Source: Acidobacteriota bacterium (GTDB taxonomy: Bacteria > Acidobacteriota > Terriglobia > 20CM-2-55-15). Taken from it: a stretch of DNA of 64,000 nucleotides. The stretch lies in the NCBI GenBank assembly GCA_003223875.1, contig QHWY01000087.1, positions 4,267 through 68,266 of the forward strand, given 5' to 3'. Positions 28,495-36,513 of this stretch are shown here, in pieces. The notes beneath the pieces were generated by a model. That model was not told the DNA's origin, ran no database searches, and saw nothing but the letters and a program-made list of their open reading frames with translations. The number at the start of each line of letters is the position of its first letter. Position 1 is the first letter of the stretch. A program made the position numbers and the translations under genes.

Positions 28495-28670
28495 CCCCTA
28501 ATTTGAGGTGTTGCAAAACTGCCGCAAACCGGTTTTCGTCTGCTGTAGCGGCGGTCTATGACCGCCGGTACTTCGTTGATTCTGCGAAAAACCGGCGCTC
28601 ATAGAGCGCCGCTACAGTAAGAACCGAACCCGCTATTCCGTAGTTTTGCAACACCCTCAACTTAGGAGGG
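28495..28670. repeat. Composite nested palindromic element: family-1 copy C (28543-28617) embedded between outer inverted repeats CCCCTAATTTGAGGTGTTGCAAAACT / AGTTTTGCAACACCCTCAACTTAGGAGGG
   Basis: Both the inner and the outer inverted repeats are visible directly. It lies in the pheA to ICL-family gene spacer. Confidence 0.8.
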
Positions 28671-28737
28671 GAGAGCGTCGCTGAAGTTACAACGATTGAT
28701 AGGTTTGACACCGCGCCGGTAGTATATTCAGGTACTC

Positions 28738-29571
28738 ATGTCCGATTCCAACTTCACTGCGCGACGTCAGGCCTTCCAGAAACTGCACCAGAGCGGATGT
28801 TTTGTGATCCCGAATCCATGGGATCCTGGTTCCGCGCGGTATTTGCAGCACCTGGGTTTTAAGGCGCTGGCAACGACGAGTGCGGGTTTTGCGTTCTCAC
28901 GGGGGCTGCCGGACGGCGAATCGGCTGTTTCTCGCGACAGCATGCTCGGGAACATCGCCGAGATCGCCACTGCAGTCGACGTGCCCCTGAATGCAGACTT
29001 TCAATCCGGATATTCTCACGATCCGGAAACCGTTGGCGCAAACGTTCGCTTGTGCATCAGCACTGGTGTAGCGGGTCTTTCGATCGAAGACAACACGGGA
29101 GATCGCGCAAAGCCATTATATGAGATCCCTCTCGCTGTCGAGCGCATTAAGGCGGCGCGTTCGGCTATTGATAGCTCCGAGACCGGCGTTCTACTTACCG
29201 CGCGGGCCGAATGCTATCTCGTTGGACACGCCGAGCCGTTCAAGGAATCGATTCGCCGGCTTCAACGGTACGCAGAGGCGGGCGCGGATGTGCTGTACGC
29301 CCCGGGTGTCCAGCGTGAAGAGATCAAGGCCTTCGTTGCCGAACTGGCACCTAAACCTGTGAACATTCTCATCAGCAATAACATCGGCCTCCGGGTGGTG
29401 GATCTTGCGGAAATGGGCGCGCGCCGAATCAGTGTCGGTTCTTCACTCGCGCGCACCGCCTGGACAGGTTTTATTCGCGCCGCGGAGATGATTGTCCGGG
29501 AAGGCAGCTTCACGGGTTTTGATCACACCGTCCTGTTTGCCGATATAAATAAATTCTTCAGCAACCTGTAA
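28738..29571 (+). CDS. Isocitrate lyase/PEP mutase-family enzyme (2-methylisocitrate lyase / carboxyvinyl-carboxyphosphonate phosphorylmutase-like)
   Basis: CFVIPNPWDPGSARYLQHLGFKALATTSAGFAF is typical of the PEP mutase/ICL superfamily. Confidence 0.8.
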   Translation: MSDSNFTARRQAFQKLHQSGCFVIPNPWDPGSARYLQHLGFKALATTSAGFAFSRGLPDGESAVSRDSMLGNIAEIATAVDVPLNADFQSGYSHDPETVGANVRLCISTGVAGLSIEDNTGDRAKPLYEIPLAVERIKAARSAIDSSETGVLLTARAECYLVGHAEPFKESIRRLQRYAEAGADVLYAPGVQREEIKAFVAELAPKPVNILISNNIGLRVVDLAEMGARRISVGSSLARTAWTGFIRAAEMIVREGSFTGFDHTVLFADINKFFSNL

Positions 29572-30093
29572 TCAAGCTTGGGCGCGGATAATGAGTCGTT
29601 CTTTCGAGTCGTCGCTGATACGGGTGAGCCCGAAGGATTTGCCAAGAACGTGATTGAGGGCGCTGGAAACCTGGGGTTCGAGAGCCGAGAACGTTTCGTC
29701 GTCGTTTGGAGCAAGGAGACGATCATTGGCGACGATGAGCACTTCATCGGTGCGAAAGCGCAAGCGGGGGCGCAGCCTGGCATCGTTTTCAAGCAGGCGG
29801 CAGCCTTGCACAGCGGGTTTTATGATTTCGGTGAAGGTTTGGACTGGCTGCTTGCGGTAGTAAAGGAGACCTATTCGATCGTCGGCCCTCTCTATACTGA
29901 AGTTGCCTTGATGCGCGACGAGCAAAATACCCGGTCCATCGTGAATGTGACTGTAATTGTGGACGTCGATCAGAAGATGGTTTTCAATGGTTTGCTTCTG
30001 AATCCATTCATGGAAAATGGGAATGAATTCCGTGGGCTCAATCCGTTCGCCGGCAACGTCGAAAAATTTAATCCCCAGCCGATACAGGTCCAT
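29572..30093 (-). CDS. Hypothetical protein translationally coupled to sulfite reductase
   Basis: A 173-aa protein with no cysteines. Its ATG overlaps the sir stop (ATGA). No recognisable family. Confidence 0.5.
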   Translation of the reverse strand: MDLYRLGIKFFDVAGERIEPTEFIPIFHEWIQKQTIENHLLIDVHNYSHIHDGPGILLVAHQGNFSIERADDRIGLLYYRKQPVQTFTEIIKPAVQGCRLLENDARLRPRLRFRTDEVLIVANDRLLAPNDDETFSALEPQVSSALNHVLGKSFGLTRISDDSKERLIIRAQA

Positions 30094-32381
30094 TACGGGG
30101 TGGCTTTCCCAACCTGAACAGGGCTTTTCGCAGAAATGCCTACCGTGCCGCGTTCGCTAAGGGAATCGTGGCAAGCGTAAACGGCTTCGATGAACAACTG
30201 AGCTTCCTCTACGATGCGGTGAGCGTAGTCGCGCGTGTAAACACTGGTCGGAGCCTCATGACGCCGGAAAAGATACTGCGCGAATTTGTTGCCGGCATAG
30301 CGATCGCCCAACACGTTGGTATCGTAGAACCGTGTTCGAAATTCGTTCACGATGGTGTTCGGATGATCAGGAACATCATGAAATTCGGTTCTGACGAGTG
30401 CAATGGCCGCTTGAAGCATCGCCTTATAGGCAAGAGCATCGGCCTCCGCATAGTCTTCTTCATCCAATTTCAACTGGCTTTCAAATACCAGCCGCTCTGC
30501 GTTCGCTAAATCGAATTGCACGGTTGAGACGACTTCCCCTGCGCATTCGCCCATTCCAAGGTCGCCGATGGTGAAGACACGTGGGTCGCCCCAGTCGGAA
30601 TAATAGGAGGGATCGCTTTCGAACGAAGGAACGTCCATGAAAAGTTCGAGCATTCGACGCAGTTCCGGTTTGCCGATCCGTTTCACGAATTCCTGGAAGT
30701 TCTCGTTTCCGGAGCGTTCTCGAACGTAGCGTTCGGTCAGAAGCTCCACGACCTCGGGAATGCGTTTGGAAGGAACCGTGCCGATTGCGAGTCCATATGC
30801 CGCCGCATTCTGCTGCCACTTGCCGCCTAGCACGACCTGGAAATGAGGTACCTTGCGATTTCCAATGGTCCGGCTGGTCCCATAAAAGCCGAGGTCTGCA
30901 ATGTGGTGCTGGCCGCAGGAATTGAAGCAGCCGCTGATCTTGATGTGGAGATTCTTGACCGCGTCTTCGAGCGTGAAAAACTTCTCGCTCAGCCGATTTC
31001 GAATCTCCGCTGCCAGGCCTCGCGATGAAGCGATGCCTAGCTTGCACGTATCGGTGCCTGGGCATGCCGTCACATCCACAATTGTCCCGGCTCCGGGTTG
31101 TGCCAAACCAATACGTTTCAATTCACGGTAGAGATCGGGCAGATCTGCCTCGCTGATCCAGCGTAGAACGATGTTCTGTTCCACCGTTGTGCGGATGTTA
31201 TCGCCACTGAAACGGCGCGCAATCTTGGCGAGCTGACGCGACTGGCTGGCGGATAGGTCGCCCAACGGCAGCGTCACCGTGACCACAGCGTACCCGGCCT
31301 GGCGCTGCGCATAAACATTGGTTCGGGACCAGGCTTCAAAACCTTCGGGCCGATCGTGGCCGTTCAGGCGGGCGGGTTGTCTCTTTGGAGTTTCCTGATA
31401 ACGATCGACATTGCTCAGATAGCCCGTCCACCGGTCGTCCGCGGGCATGATCTTCCGCTCTTCCAGCACGATTCTCCGGAACTCCTCGATGCCGAGCTTC
31501 GTGACAAGGAATTTGATTCGAGCGGCAGCCCGATTTTTCTTTTCCCCCAATCGAGCGAACACGCGTGAAATAGCCTGAGCGATGGGTAGCAATTCTTCCG
31601 CGGGCAAAAATTCCTCGAACAGTTTGGCTTGATGGGGCACGGCTCCCAGGCCGCCTCCAACGTATAGCTCAAAACCGCGCCGCTCTTTGCCGTTTTCAAT
31701 TCGCTTCACGGCAATGCAGCCCATATCGTGCATGCTGGTCAAAGCACAGGCTTCGTCTTTGCATCCGGAGAAGGCGATTTTGAACTTGCGGCCGAAGCCC
31801 TGCGTATCGGGATGACCCAGCAAGAACTTCGAGCAGGCCTTTGCATAAGGTGTCACATCGAAGACTTCGCTGCGGCACACGCCCGCGAGCGGACAAGCCG
31901 TAACGTTACGAACGGAGTTGCCGCATGCTTCGCGCGTCGTGATACCAACAGCCGCGAGCCTTCGCATGAGGTCTGGCGTATCCTCGATATGGACATAATG
32001 AAGTTGGAAGTCCTGGCGAGTGGTGACGTGAAGCACACTGTCGGCGTATTCCTCCGCCAGGTCCGCCAGAGTATCCAGTTGATTCGGGGTGACACCTCCG
32101 AATGGGATTTTGATGCGCTGCATGCCGGGCGCGTCCCAAAGGGTTTCGGGGCCTTTGGTTACATCGCTCAGATATGGGAGCTGTTGGGTGCGAATGCCAT
32201 CGTGCCGATGCCCATTATCGTAACGCTGTCCATAACAGCCTCTGCGGAGGCGAGTTTCCGCAAAGATCTTTTCATCGAGCTTACCTTGACGGCGCAATAC
32301 CATCTGCGTTTCGAAGATGTCGATCTCTTCGGCAAGCTGTTGATCCATCCTGCCGACGAGCTTTTCTTTCCAGGTGGGCAT
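30093..32381 (-). CDS. sir: Ferredoxin-dependent sulfite/nitrite reductase hemoprotein (siroheme-[4Fe-4S]) with ~180-aa C-terminal extension
   Basis: CPGTDTCKLGIASS and SGCFNSCGQHHIADLGFYG siroheme/Fe-S motifs in the two NIR_SIR repeats. At 762 aa it is longer than the typical ~560-640 aa. Confidence 0.85.
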   Translation of the reverse strand: MPTWKEKLVGRMDQQLAEEIDIFETQMVLRRQGKLDEKIFAETRLRRGCYGQRYDNGHRHDGIRTQQLPYLSDVTKGPETLWDAPGMQRIKIPFGGVTPNQLDTLADLAEEYADSVLHVTTRQDFQLHYVHIEDTPDLMRRLAAVGITTREACGNSVRNVTACPLAGVCRSEVFDVTPYAKACSKFLLGHPDTQGFGRKFKIAFSGCKDEACALTSMHDMGCIAVKRIENGKERRGFELYVGGGLGAVPHQAKLFEEFLPAEELLPIAQAISRVFARLGEKKNRAAARIKFLVTKLGIEEFRRIVLEERKIMPADDRWTGYLSNVDRYQETPKRQPARLNGHDRPEGFEAWSRTNVYAQRQAGYAVVTVTLPLGDLSASQSRQLAKIARRFSGDNIRTTVEQNIVLRWISEADLPDLYRELKRIGLAQPGAGTIVDVTACPGTDTCKLGIASSRGLAAEIRNRLSEKFFTLEDAVKNLHIKISGCFNSCGQHHIADLGFYGTSRTIGNRKVPHFQVVLGGKWQQNAAAYGLAIGTVPSKRIPEVVELLTERYVRERSGNENFQEFVKRIGKPELRRMLELFMDVPSFESDPSYYSDWGDPRVFTIGDLGMGECAGEVVSTVQFDLANAERLVFESQLKLDEEDYAEADALAYKAMLQAAIALVRTEFHDVPDHPNTIVNEFRTRFYDTNVLGDRYAGNKFAQYLFRRHEAPTSVYTRDYAHRIVEEAQLFIEAVYACHDSLSERGTVGISAKSPVQVGKATP

Positions 32382-32458
32382 TCCAGAACCTCTCAGGGAC
32401 GGGTGTCCGTGGTATCCCCACCGAAATTCTTTCTTTTTTGATCGAACTTGTCAACATT

Positions 32459-32543
32459 CGAGAAAATTCGGGGCCAGACGGGTGAATTCCCTATTTTGAA
32501 CTGCAAAAATAGGGAATTCACCCGTCTGACCCCGAATTTTCTC
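32459..32543. promoter_or_regulatory. 38-bp-arm near-perfect palindrome (GAGAAAATTCGGGGCCAGACGGGTGAATTCCCTATTTT / AAAATAGGGAATTCACCCGTCTGACCCCGAATTTTCTC) in the sir/transporter divergent intergenic region
   Basis: Seen directly, with one mismatch in 38 bp and a 7-nt spacer. It ends 25 bp upstream of the transporter ATG. Confidence 0.7.
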
Positions 32544-32568
32544 CCAATTGTGCTAAAGTCCTCCAACC

Positions 32569-33831
32569 ATGAACCTTGCGGTGCTTTCCGTTATTGCGTT
32601 TGCGGTTGCCATCATTATTAGTTGCGTTTCAGAAATCAATGTTGGGTTTCTCTCGATCGCCTTTGCATTCATCATCGGGGTGGGTTTTGGAGGAATGAAA
32701 GCTACCGACGTGGCGGCTGGTTTCCCAACGAGCCTGTTCTTGATCTTGGTCGGCGTTACGCTGTTCTTCAGTCAGGCCAACGTAAACGGGACGTTGCATA
32801 AGATCGCGAGACACAGCGTAAAGCTCGCGCGCGGCAACGTCGGTATGATTCCCGTCATTTTCTTTTTTCTCGCGGCCGGACTGGCGAGTATCGGTGCAGG
32901 AAATATCGCGACAACCGCATTACTGGCCCCAGTTGCGATGACGGTTGCTGGAAACATGGGGATCAGTGGATTTCTGATGACGGTTGTCGTGTGTTGTGGC
33001 GCGAATTCGGGCGCGCTTTCGCCGTTTGCGCCCACGGGTGTTATCGCGAATGGCTTGCTTGCCCGCATCGGTATCACGAACCAGGAGTGGCCCACGTTCT
33101 ACAACAATTTCCTGGCTGAAGGATTCGTAGGGCTAACGGGATATTTCCTGCTGGGCGGATATAAATTGATGTCGCGCACCGCCCCTGTCAAGGCAATGCG
33201 GGCCGATGATGCCTTACTTGCGCACGAGGGACCGTTCACTTGGCAGCAGAAACTTACGCTGGTTCTGATTGGCGCAATGGTGATATCGGTGTCGTATTTT
33301 AAATTCGACGTGGGAATGGCGGCCATCATTGCTGCTGCAATCATGACACTGGCGCGTGCAGCCAATGAGGAGAAAGCCGTGAAAGTCATGCCGTGGAACG
33401 TTATTTTGATGGTGTCGGGCGTGACCGTGTTGATTTCCATTCTCGAGAAAAAGGGCGGCATGGATCTATTCACAACGATTCTCGCGCGTTTCTCGACGCA
33501 GACTTCCGTGACCGGAGTTATGGGATTCGTCACGGGAGTCATCTCGGTATACAGCAGTTCTTCGGGCGTGGTCCTGCCAGCGTTCATGCCCACAATTCCG
33601 GGGCTAATCCAGAAGATTGGTGGCGGCAATGCCATGGCAATCGCGTCGTCGGTAAATGTCGGTGCTCACCTAGTCGATGTCTCTCCGCTCTCAACCCTGG
33701 GCGCGCTTTGTATTGCGAACGCGGCAGCTTCGGAGGATCGGAAGAGGCTGTTTAATAAGCTAATGATCTGGGGACTATCGATGAGTGTCATTGGTGCGGT
33801 TGTTTGCTGGGTGTTCTTCGGGCTTCTATGA
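32569..33831 (+). CDS. Ion-transporter-superfamily permease (GntP/CitMHS/ArsB-like anion transporter)
   Basis: A 420-aa protein with ~12 transmembrane segments and a duplicated hairpin-like Gly-rich pattern. It lies between the sulfite reductase and modA. Confidence 0.55.
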   Translation: MNLAVLSVIAFAVAIIISCVSEINVGFLSIAFAFIIGVGFGGMKATDVAAGFPTSLFLILVGVTLFFSQANVNGTLHKIARHSVKLARGNVGMIPVIFFFLAAGLASIGAGNIATTALLAPVAMTVAGNMGISGFLMTVVVCCGANSGALSPFAPTGVIANGLLARIGITNQEWPTFYNNFLAEGFVGLTGYFLLGGYKLMSRTAPVKAMRADDALLAHEGPFTWQQKLTLVLIGAMVISVSYFKFDVGMAAIIAAAIMTLARAANEEKAVKVMPWNVILMVSGVTVLISILEKKGGMDLFTTILARFSTQTSVTGVMGFVTGVISVYSSSSGVVLPAFMPTIPGLIQKIGGGNAMAIASSVNVGAHLVDVSPLSTLGALCIANAAASEDRKRLFNKLMIWGLSMSVIGAVVCWVFFGLL

Positions 33832-34628
33832 AAGCGGCCCCATGGATTTTGTGTTTCTTGACGGCCGCCATTCCACTTCGGGCTGAGAGCGTCAACGTCG
33901 CGGCAGCCTCTGATCTCAATTTTGCTGTCCAGGAAATCATCAAATCATTCGAACACAATACAGGCAATACGGTTCGTCTCACGCTCGGCTCCTCGGGTAA
34001 TTTCTATGCCCAGATTTTGAATGGGGCACCGTTCGACGTGTTTCTCTCGGCCGATATGGACTATCCGAAGCGACTCGAGAGACAAGGATACTCGGTGCCC
34101 GGCTCAACATTTACTTATGGTGTCGGCCGACTTGCATTGTGGGTGCCGAACCGATCATCTCTGGATCTCGATAAAATTGGAATGAACGCTTTGCTAGATG
34201 ATTCGATTAGGAAGATCGCGATTGCGAATCCGGAACACGCACCGTACGGGCGCGCGGCGGTTGCCGCTCTGGAACATACGAAGCTTTACGATCGTGTCAA
34301 GGGCAAGCTTGTACTTGGAGAAAATGTCTCGCAAGCCGCGCAATTCGTCCAATCGGGTGCTGCGGACGCCGGAATTGTCGCGATGTCGATTGCGCTATCT
34401 CGGCCAATGCGCGACGGCGGCCGATATTGGGCGGTTCCGGCCGATACTTACCCCCGACTCGAACAAGCTGCTGTGCTGTTGAAACACGCCGGTCCAGTGG
34501 GAAAAGCCTTTCACGAATGGCTTCGCAGCGCTGAAGCACGGAGAATTTTCGACAATTATGGCTTTGCCGCAAGCCGCGAAGCGCGTCAGGGCGTGTTGCC
34601 CCAGCCGCGAAGCGGCGTCAGAAGATAG
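33804..34628 (+). CDS. modA: Molybdate/tungstate(-like oxyanion) ABC transporter periplasmic binding protein
   Basis: ModA-family motif LTLGSSGNFYAQILNGAPFDVFLSAD, plus a signal peptide. Confidence 0.8.
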   Translation: MLGVLRASMKAAPWILCFLTAAIPLRAESVNVAAASDLNFAVQEIIKSFEHNTGNTVRLTLGSSGNFYAQILNGAPFDVFLSADMDYPKRLERQGYSVPGSTFTYGVGRLALWVPNRSSLDLDKIGMNALLDDSIRKIAIANPEHAPYGRAAVAALEHTKLYDRVKGKLVLGENVSQAAQFVQSGAADAGIVAMSIALSRPMRDGGRYWAVPADTYPRLEQAAVLLKHAGPVGKAFHEWLRSAEARRIFDNYGFAASREARQGVLPQPRSGVRR

Positions 34629-34800
34629 CCCAGCGCGCGAGCGCTGGGGTTTGTGTTCGTCCATGTCACAGCCCCGGAGGGGCGGCAGATTTGAAGCATC
34701 TGCCGCCGCTTCGCGGCTTGTGTCGGCTGTGAAATCAAAGCCAGGGCTGACGCCCTGGGCTAGTGTTGCCGCTTCGCGGCTTTGAGCAAGAGGGCTGGCG
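34629..34800. repeat. REP-like array (CCCAGCGCGCGAGCGCTGGGG, GCCCCGGAGGGGCGGC, CCAGGGCTGACGCCCTGGG, GGCTGGCGCCCTGGG) between modA and modB
   Basis: These GC-rich palindromic units have the same consensus as the REPs flanking the RAYT at 47140-47830. Confidence 0.7.
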
Positions 34801-34841
34801 CCCTGGGATATTTGTCTAACGTCGCTTCATGACTTTGGCGA

Positions 34842-35495
34842 ATGAACTGGGAAGCACTGAATACGACGCTTGAGCTCGCATCGACTACGTCAGTAATCCT
34901 GATGGGGATTGCACTGCCGCTTAGCTACTGGCTCGCATTTTCAGAGTGGCGATGGAAATTTTTTATCGAAGCGGTCGTGGCTTTGCCGCTCGTATTGCCG
35001 CCGACGGTATTGGGCTTCTATGTCCTCATCGCGATGGGACGCTTTGGCCTCGCGTTCACATTTCGGGGCCTCGTGATCGCGTCCGTCCTATACAGTCTTC
35101 CATTTGCAGTGCAGCCGATTGTGGCAGCATTCGGTGCAGTCGAGCGCAAATACATTGAGGCTTCCTGGATGCTGGGCAGCTCCAATTTGCAGACGTTCTT
35201 TCGGGTCATCATTCCTCAGTCATGGGCCGGTGTGGTCACGGGTTTCGTTTTGAGTTTTGCGCATACGCTGGGCGAATTTGGCGTAGTGCTGATGGTTGGT
35301 GGAAACATCCCAGGTGTGACGCGCACCCTTTCGATCGACATCTACGATCAAGTGCAAGCCTTGAATTACTCTTCGGCTACTCTGACTTCCGCAACGCTGC
35401 TTGTCATTTCATTCGTGATCCTATCGATCATCTATGGACTCAATCGAAGAGTGTGGTTCTTTGCTGCTGATCGCCGACATCGAGAAGCGGTTTAA
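34842..35495 (+). CDS. modB: Molybdate ABC transporter permease
   Basis: A 217-aa protein with 5 transmembrane segments and an EAA-like loop (ASWMLGSSNLQTFFRVIIPQ). Confidence 0.8.
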   Translation: MNWEALNTTLELASTTSVILMGIALPLSYWLAFSEWRWKFFIEAVVALPLVLPPTVLGFYVLIAMGRFGLAFTFRGLVIASVLYSLPFAVQPIVAAFGAVERKYIEASWMLGSSNLQTFFRVIIPQSWAGVVTGFVLSFAHTLGEFGVVLMVGGNIPGVTRTLSIDIYDQVQALNYSSATLTSATLLVISFVILSIIYGLNRRVWFFAADRRHREAV

Positions 35496-36513
35496 AGGCC
35501 GATTATCCGTCGAGGCCTCGGTTCGTATTCCGCATGGTCCCTCTACAACAATTCTCTTCGGCCCGTCAGGCGCCGGCAAAACCACCGTCCTTCGATGCAT
35601 CGCCGGATTGGAAAAACTAACTGCCGGCCGAATCATCTTCAATGGTCAGGATTGGACGAACATGCCGCCGCACAAGAGACCCATTGGTTATCTCTTCCAG
35701 GACTACGCATTGTTCCCGCATCTCAGGGTTTCGGAAAATATCGGATATGCGGGCAAGCAATCACGTGAGTCGATAAAAAGTATCGCCTCGATGCTTAAGG
35801 TGGATGATGTTCTCGATCACTGGCCTTCGGAACTATCGGGTGGACAGCAACAGCGCGTGGCGCTGGCCCGGGTGCTGGCGCGAGAACCGCGATTGCTGCT
35901 TTTGGACGAGCCGCTATCGGCTCTGGATGCGGCCACTCGTGACCATGTGCGAGCGGAGCTCGCGCAGGTCCTTCGCAATCTCGGTATTCCCGCGATTGTT
36001 GTGAGTCACGACTGGGTAGATGCATTGACGCTCGGCGATCAAATGCTGGTCATGAGCGGTGGGCGCGTCTTGCAAGTTGGTGCTCCGCCGGAAGTCTTTA
36101 AGCGGCCGCAGCATCCCGAGGTCGCGTCGGCGGTGGGAGTGGAAACGGTGGTCACAGGGCGCATCCGACGGCGTGAAGCCGGAGTTGCTTTGCTCGACAT
36201 CGGATCAACACAACTGGTTGCTGCCGATCCGGGCGGCGACGCCTTAGACTTCTATGTTTGTATTCGCGGTGAAGATGTGACTCTGGAAAAGGGCCGTGCC
36301 GAACAGAGCAGCGCGCGAAACCACTTGCGCGGCACGGTGTCACAAATTTCCGTTGCAGGAGTTCTCACGAAAGTTACGATCGACGCCGGGTTCGAGCTCG
36401 TCGCATTAGTAACGCGGCAGGCTACCGCGGACCTCGAGTTATCAACGGGCACCGAGATTTTCGCGGTCTTCAAAGCATCCGCGGTTCATCTCATTCCCAA
36501 CGCCCGCATATAA
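35434..36513 (+). CDS. modC: Molybdate ABC transporter ATP-binding protein with C-terminal TOBE/MOP domain
   Basis: Walker A GPSGAGKTT, LSGGQQQRVALAR, and a C-terminal MOP-like domain. The start may be the TTG at 35461. Confidence 0.85.
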   Translation: MDSIEECGSLLLIADIEKRFKGRLSVEASVRIPHGPSTTILFGPSGAGKTTVLRCIAGLEKLTAGRIIFNGQDWTNMPPHKRPIGYLFQDYALFPHLRVSENIGYAGKQSRESIKSIASMLKVDDVLDHWPSELSGGQQQRVALARVLAREPRLLLLDEPLSALDAATRDHVRAELAQVLRNLGIPAIVVSHDWVDALTLGDQMLVMSGGRVLQVGAPPEVFKRPQHPEVASAVGVETVVTGRIRRREAGVALLDIGSTQLVAADPGGDALDFYVCIRGEDVTLEKGRAEQSSARNHLRGTVSQISVAGVLTKVTIDAGFELVALVTRQATADLELSTGTEIFAVFKASAVHLIPNARI

